Source: Terriglobia bacterium (GTDB lineage: Bacteria; Acidobacteriota; Terriglobia; Terriglobales; Acidobacteriaceae). From it: DNA of 64,000 bases. Positions 58,559 through 64,000 of the stretch are shown in pieces. The translations under genes and the position numbers were made by a program. Where the stretch lies: contig CAWDNR010000006.1 in the NCBI GenBank assembly GCA_963803655.1, positions 10,222 through 74,221 on the forward strand, read 5' to 3'. Numbering within the stretch: position 1 is the first letter of the stretch; every line of letters starts with the position of its first letter. The notes under the pieces were generated by a model. That model saw only the letters and a program-made list of their open reading frames with translations, did not search any database and was not told the DNA's origin.

Positions 58559-59549
58559 ATGGTCTTAACCGACAAATTCGGCCGCGCCATCACCGATCTG
58601 CGAATCTCGATCACAGACCGCTGCAACTACAAGTGTGTTTACTGCCGCACCGGAAATGAAGGCGCACTCTACGGCGATCTGCCTTTTGCCGACTATCTGC
58701 GCATGGCACGCGTGCTCACCGGACTAGGAATCCAAAAGATCCGCATTACCGGCGGCGAGCCGCTTCTGCGCCGGGGCGTGGTGGATTTCGTGCGCGAGTT
58801 GGCCAAACTGCGCACCACTAACGGAGAAGACCTCGACATCGCGTTGACTACCAACGGCCATCTCCTGGCTGACATGGCCAGGCCGCTCAAAAATGCCGGC
58901 TTGCGTCGCGTTACCGTGAGCATGGATGCCGTCGATCCCGACCGCTTCGCCCGCATTACGCGCGTGCCGGACGGATACGACAACGTCCTGGCCGGTATTC
59001 GTGCTTCGCGGCTCGCGGGTTTGTGGCCGGTGAAAGTGAACTGCGTGCTGATGCGCGGCTTCAACGAAGACCAGGTTATTCCATTCGGCAGGTTCGCCCG
59101 TGAAGAAGGACGTGGTCGTCCGCTTCATCGAATTCATGCCGTTGGAAGAAGATCGCGTATGGTCGCCGAATACGGTGGTCCCGCTCGATGAAATCGTGAG
59201 CCGCATGGGCGAATACCGCCCTCTGGTGGAAATTCCGCACGCGAAGAGCGAGACCGCTCGCCGCTATCGCTTTGACGATGGCGTCGGCGAAATCGGCATC
59301 ATCGCGCCGGTGTCGCATCCTTTCTGCGGACACTGCAGCCGCATTCGCATCACCTCCGACGGCAAGATTCGCACCTGCCTGTTTTCGGTATGGGATCACG
59401 ATCTGCACAGCCAAATGCGCCGCGGCGCTTCCGACCAGGAGTTAGGCGAATTTATTCGCGGCGTCATCCAGAAGAAAGAAGAGCGCCACCACATCGGCGA
59501 GCCGGATTTTGTGCCCGCGTCGCGGACCATGGTGCATATCGGCGGCTAG
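58559..59549 (+). pseudogene. moaA: GTP 3',8-cyclase MoaA (radical SAM), single frameshift near 59095
   Basis: ITDRCNYKCVYC radical-SAM cluster and ITGGEPLLR in 58559..59191. C-terminal RFIEFMP...PFCGHCSRIRITSDGKIRTCLF continues in the 59100..59549 frame. Confidence 0.85.
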
Positions 59550-59625
59550 CGTCGAGGGATCCTGGGAACACGCAGGCGAATTCCTTCCTGGCGCCGGGTA
59601 AGGTTGAATTGGTCTCTCCCCAAAC

Positions 59626-59761
59626 CTGTCATCGTGAGCGCAGTCGAGGGACCTGCTGTCTGCCGGAATTTACTCTGCACTGTCCTTCGGGGAAATTCCT
59701 CGCCGGGCCGTCTACGACAGCCGAAAACAGGTCTTTCGACTCCCTCCGCTCAAGGTGACAG
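59626..59761. repeat. long REP-like palindromic element
   Basis: CTGTCATCGTGAGCGCAGTCGAGGGACCTG (59626..59655) faces CAGGTCTTTCGACTCCCTCCGCTCAAGGTGACAG (59728..59761). This resembles the GTCATCCTGAGCG..-type repeat family that I recall from Acidobacteriota. Confidence 0.5.
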
Positions 59762-59835
59762 AGTTGAACAAGATCGATCTCCGGCGGTGACGTTGAAGGT
59801 CGATTCTGGGCGGCAGAACCGTTAACATCGCAAGC

Positions 59836-60696
59836 ATGAATCGAGTTACTTGGATTCTGCCCACCGTCGTTGCGATGTACTTAGCGCTTGGTCAGAGCGC
59901 AAGCGCGACATCGCAGGTTGCGCCGTCGGCACCCGCTTCCGCCTACCTCGGTTTTGACCGCAACGACTTATCCCGGAGACGAGAATCTGCAACTGCTGCG
60001 TGAGACCTTTTCCTACGCCGGCTTCTGGCTTAACCCTCCTCCCGGCGAAAAGACCAACACGTGGTCAGGCAAACGACAGCCACTGCAATCTGCGGGTTTC
60101 GGATTTCTCGTGCTCTTCAACGGCAGACTGTACACCGCGTTGAAAACGCTTCCGAATGCCGCCAAGCTGGGCAAATCCGATGCCCAGACCGCCATCGCCT
60201 CCGCGCGGCGGGAAGGGTTTCCTTCCGGAGCGATCATCTTCCTCGACCAGGAAGAAGGTGGCCGGATGCTGCCCGAGCAGAAGGCTTATATCTATGCCTG
60301 GGTGGACGGCGTAGCCGCGGGCGGTTTTCGCGCCGGAATCTACTGCTCCGGCATCGCGGCAATGGAGGATGGCGGCGTCGTTACCGCTGAAGATGTCCGC
60401 CAAAATGCGGCAGGAAGGAAGATCGCGTACTGGGTCGCCAATGACGCCTGCCCGCCGTCGCCGGGATGCGCCTTCCCCAAACGTCCGCCAAGTCCCGGCC
60501 GAGAGCGGCATCGGCCTTCGCCGACGGGTGGCAATTTGCTCAATCTCCAAAGCGGCGGGACGTGGCGGCTGGGTGTCCGGCCAACTACAACCGTGACGGA
60601 AGTTGCTATCCGCCGGGAATCGATCTCGACCGGCACCTGCACGTGGATTTAGACACGTCGCCCAGTGCCGATCCGTCGCAGGGAAGAACTCACTGA
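59836..60696 (+). pseudogene. DUF1906-like (glycoside hydrolase-like) exported protein, at least 2 frameshifts
   Basis: Signal peptide MNRVTWILPTVVAMYLALGQSASA from ATG 59836. Body in the 59888 frame (GFGFLVLFNG..GAIIFLDQEEG..YIYAWVDGVAAGGFRAGIYCSG). C-terminus in the 60466 frame. Confidence 0.5.
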
Positions 60697-60806
60697 TGCT
60701 CCTCCGTGCGCTTACGTGGCACTCTGCTCGCTCCCGAGACCTCGATATTGCCCATTCGAGCAAACCCATTAGGATTGAAGATGAATTAGAATAGCTTCAT
60801 ACCCCT

Positions 60807-61241
60807 ATGGCGGACCGCAGTTTCACCCTCGAAGAAGCCCAAAGCCTTTTGCCTGTCCTGGAGTCGCTTCTGCGCACTGCCATTGATGGGAAGAAACTTA
60901 TTGAAGCCGTCGACGCCGAACTCCAGGATCTCGCTCACCGGGTCTTCCTCAGCGGAGGATTGCTGGTGAACATCGTGCTCGTGGCGCGGCGCAAGGCGGA
61001 GCGCGAAAAGACCATCCAGCGCGTAAAAGACACGCTGGCCGAGATTGACGCCACCGGAGTACAGGTGAAGGACCTCGATATCGGACTGCTCGACTTCCCC
61101 TGCCAGGTGGAAGGCCGCACCGTACTGCTCTGCTGGAAGCTGGGCGAAAAGGGAATCACGCACTGGCACGACACCAGCGAAGGTTTCGCTGGCCGCAAAC
61201 CCATCGACGAGAAAATCGCGAAGGCGAAAAGAGCGAATTAG
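60807..61241 (+). CDS. DUF2203 domain protein
   Basis: 144 aa. FTLEEAQSLLPVLESLL...GVQVKDLDIGLLDFP...LLCWKLGE..ITHWH. Confidence 0.65.
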   Translation: MADRSFTLEEAQSLLPVLESLLRTAIDGKKLIEAVDAELQDLAHRVFLSGGLLVNIVLVARRKAEREKTIQRVKDTLAEIDATGVQVKDLDIGLLDFPCQVEGRTVLLCWKLGEKGITHWHDTSEGFAGRKPIDEKIAKAKRAN

Positions 61242-61320
61242 TCGGCCGTCGTCAGTCTTCGCTGGTCAGCAAGAACTTCGGACCCCTGAGGTTAAGATTT
61301 GCTGACGACCAACGACTGCT

Positions 61321-62790
61321 CTACGGCTTTCCCCCCTCATTCCACTGCGGCGTAAACGAAGAATTCACCAGCCATCTGACCGGACGCAGCAGGGATCCAA
61401 TGGCGGCGTCCATGTGCTGGAAATCGATGTGGGCGACGTCGTCGCTGGGCTGGTGGTAGTCGCTGTGCAATCCGTAGCTCGAAACTGTCTGGGCTACCAC
61501 GCCCCTTTTCGCCAGAACGTAGTTGTCGGAGCGTGCGAAGAAATTCTGCGCCGGATGAGGGTCCCCGATTAATTTGGCCCCGCGAGCTGCCAGCATGGGT
61601 CCGAGATTCGAGCGCTCCCATCCCGTGAGCCACACCGTGTCCGAGCTAACGGCGGGATCGGCGCGTCCCAGCATTTCAAATTCGAGGTTGACCGCGATTT
61701 GTTTCAGCGGTACCGGAGGATGCAGCAGGAAATAGGTTGATCCCTGTCCGCCCGTTTCCTCGCTGCCGAAGAGAGCGAAGATTACGGTGCGTCTCGGTTT
61801 CGGCCCACTTCCCAGCACACGCGCCAGTTCCAGCACCGCAGTTGTGCCCGAAGCGTCGTCATCCGCGCCGTTGTAAATGTCGTCTCCGTTTACCGGCTGC
61901 CCGATTCCTAAGTGGTCCAGATGGGCGGAGAGCAACACCGCGGTCTGCTGCAGGATCGAATCGCTGCCGCGCAGAATGCCGACCGCATTCCAGGTATATG
62001 TTTTCTCGCTGGCTGAAGGGCCATCGAAGGCCAGCGTTGTGTTCTCCGGCAGCGCTTTGAGGACGGCCACAGCTTCGGGACTGGCCTCCAGCAGGTTGAA
62101 ATCGCTTCCCAAAACGGAGGCGCTTTCACCTTCGACTTTCACTGGCAGCGTGGGCAACTGTTTGGCGCGCTGTTGGAATTGAGCGGCGCGCTCCGCGGTG
62201 GCGGCGATGATCGCCGCTACCGCTCCCTTCCCGGCCAGCGACGATGCCTGGGCTCGCTGCCGGCGCCGGTCGTTTCCAAGAATCAGCACGATGGCCCCTT
62301 CAGCCTGGGGGGCGTCTTCGTCGGCGTTCATCACGCGCAAGAGTCCGGAGAAGTGTGTTTGCGCGAGATAAACAGCCGCGAACTCTTTGCCAGAAGTCCA
62401 GGTTAGCTTCTCTCCGCTGGCGCTGGGTTGCGTAAATGTCAGTTGCGGGGGCGCGGTGAATTTTGGTTGCTGTAGGGTCGCCCGCTGGAGATAACCACCG
62501 TCGTGACCGGCAGGTGCGATTCCGTAAGCGCGCAGTTGCGCGGCTACATAGGTTGCCGCAACCAGTTCGTCCGTCGTGCCGCTGCCCCGTCCGCGCAATG
62601 CGTCTGAAGCCAGAAATTCCATATGCGCCCGGACACAGGCGGCACACAGGCTCGGAACGGGCCCCGCCGCATGAGGTGGTCCCGGCTGTGATTTGTTCGC
62701 CTGTGTCGGAGCAGGGCCGGTCTGCCCGAAAACACCAGCAGAAACACATATTGAGAGGAGTCCGACATTAAGCAGGGAGAAGGTTTTCAT
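61321..62790 (-). CDS. M28 family metallopeptidase with PA domain, exported
   Basis: 489 aa with signal peptide. SAHLDHLG, GADDDASGTTAVLELAR, FALFGSEETGGQGS, and RSDNY..A..GV zinc-ligand blocks. Confidence 0.8.
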   Translation of the reverse strand: MKTFSLLNVGLLSICVSAGVFGQTGPAPTQANKSQPGPPHAAGPVPSLCAACVRAHMEFLASDALRGRGSGTTDELVAATYVAAQLRAYGIAPAGHDGGYLQRATLQQPKFTAPPQLTFTQPSASGEKLTWTSGKEFAAVYLAQTHFSGLLRVMNADEDAPQAEGAIVLILGNDRRRQRAQASSLAGKGAVAAIIAATAERAAQFQQRAKQLPTLPVKVEGESASVLGSDFNLLEASPEAVAVLKALPENTTLAFDGPSASEKTYTWNAVGILRGSDSILQQTAVLLSAHLDHLGIGQPVNGDDIYNGADDDASGTTAVLELARVLGSGPKPRRTVIFALFGSEETGGQGSTYFLLHPPVPLKQIAVNLEFEMLGRADPAVSSDTVWLTGWERSNLGPMLAARGAKLIGDPHPAQNFFARSDNYVLAKRGVVAQTVSSYGLHSDYHQPSDDVAHIDFQHMDAAIGSLLRPVRWLVNSSFTPQWNEGGKP

Positions 62791-63142
62791 CAGTGGGTTT
62801 CTCCGGCCGACTCACGGGTGGCGGGACGCCCGCCCGACAGCCAGCGAGCCGCCGGCGCTACTTTGCGATTTGGAAATCGGGCTGGCGCTACAACGCAATC
62901 CGATAGCAGATTAACAGACCGCGACGCCAGATGTTTGACGTGGTCTCGCCGCTTCATGCGCCCCGCAGTCATGTTACGCCGGCCCTCAGTAATGAGGGTC
63001 GCCACAGACCTTGGTGCACACAGAAGTGCACTCGTTCGTTCTGGCGAAAACCTTCTCTGCTACAATTCTGTGTAGCCACCTCTAGCGGACAGTGCCTCGG
63101 AAAAGTACGTCTGCCGGGACTTTTTCACCATGGTTCGTTTCA

Positions 63143-63769
63143 ATGAAACTCCGTTTTTTGGCTACGTTTGCAGCGCTGTCCCTGCTGGCCCTGGCGGCTG
63201 GTTGTCGCGGTTTTTTTGTCAATCCCACCCTGCAGTCGATTGCGGTGGCTCCGTCCACGGGGAGTGTGGCGCCCGCGGGTACCATTCAAATGACCGCGAC
63301 TGGGACTTTTGACGATGGCAGCACGTCGAACGTTACCTCCAAGAGCGCCTGGCAATCATCCGATGCGACTGTCGCTACGGTTGGAACCAATACCGGGCTG
63401 GTCACAGCCGCGGCCAGCATTGCTTCCCCGCCTGGCGTCACGACTATCACCGCTACCGACGGGGCGTTCACCAACACCGCAACGATCACCGTATGCCCGA
63501 TTGTCACCAGCATCACGGTTACGCCGTCGACCACCAATCCCGCGGCGGGCGCTCAGATCACCTTCGTCGCCAAGGCCGTTTTTTCCGGCAGCTTGAATCA
63601 GCAGGACGTTACCAGCCTCGTGACCTGGACGATCTCGAATACGGCGGTGATTCCCTCCATTTCCGCCGGTGCAGCGACCGTGAACTCCGCGGCTTCAGGC
63701 ATGTCTACCACTGTTACCGCCAGCTTGTGCGGTGGCACCAGCCAGCCAGTCACAATTTCTGTGCAATGA
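63143..63769 (+). CDS. lipoprotein with tandem bacterial Ig-like (Big_2) domains
   Basis: Lipobox LLALAAGC from MKLRFLATFAAL. Two repeats of the L.SI.V.P....V..G...Q..A.G.F.DGS..DVT....W pattern. Confidence 0.65.
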   Translation: MKLRFLATFAALSLLALAAGCRGFFVNPTLQSIAVAPSTGSVAPAGTIQMTATGTFDDGSTSNVTSKSAWQSSDATVATVGTNTGLVTAAASIASPPGVTTITATDGAFTNTATITVCPIVTSITVTPSTTNPAAGAQITFVAKAVFSGSLNQQDVTSLVTWTISNTAVIPSISAGAATVNSAASGMSTTVTASLCGGTSQPVTISVQ

Positions 63770-63828
63770 CCCAGTGTGTCCACGATCGGTAACTGTCTTA
63801 CCGTCTCGACTCTGGCATTCTGATTTCC

Positions 63829-64000
63829 ATGAACGATATCCGCTGCATAGGGATCTGCACCGGAGGCGGCGACGCACCCGGCCTCAATGCCGTGATTCGC
63901 GCCGCGGTCAAGTGTGCCTTCCTGAAATACCACTGGAAGGTCATCGGCATCCCGGATGGCTTCGACGGCCTGATCTGGCCAGAGAAATCCTACGAGCTCA
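63829..64000 (+). CDS. 6-phosphofructokinase family protein (ATP- or PPi-dependent), 5' partial at window end
   Basis: ATG 63829. [27 protein letters not shown] matches the PFK N-terminal nucleotide-binding motif. The open frame runs off the window. Confidence 0.7.
   Translation, partial: MNDIRCIGICTGGGDAPGLNAVIRAAVKCAFLKYHWKVIGIPDGFDGLIWPEKSYEL

Overview
GC-rich bacterial chromosomal window. The gene content looks like Acidobacteriota: TolB/TPR-type Ser/Thr kinases, several ECF sigma/anti-sigma pairs, PEGA and CarboxypepD_reg-like proteins, and characteristic REP-like palindromes. The left part is accessory or decayed. About 5.6-11.2 kb holds a nested group II intron locus: an RT-encoding intron sits inside the RT gene of another intron, and there are two copies of an ORF-less group II ribozyme. 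It is followed by a multiply frameshifted tyrosine integrase abutting tRNA-Pro(CGG), two broken Ser/Thr kinase genes and an internally deleted IS at 19.9-20.3 kb. Further right are an intact IS110-family element with a long 5' leader (candidate bridge RNA), a run of polytopic envelope membrane proteins and three ECF sigma modules (one with two YCII paralogs, one inside an MsrPQ-like operon). The window then has two ornithine cyclodeaminase paralogs, threonine aldolase, an aminotransferase, etfBA plus ETF-QO, a candidate Moco riboswitch before moaA, an M28 peptidase and the 5' end of a phosphofructokinase gene. At least 13 otherwise conserved genes are broken by small frameshifts, which I suspect is at least partly an assembly or sequencing artefact. 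All calls were made by eye from the sequence and the ORF track. No searches or folding programs were run, so family names are recollection-based and coordinates of RNA elements are approximate.
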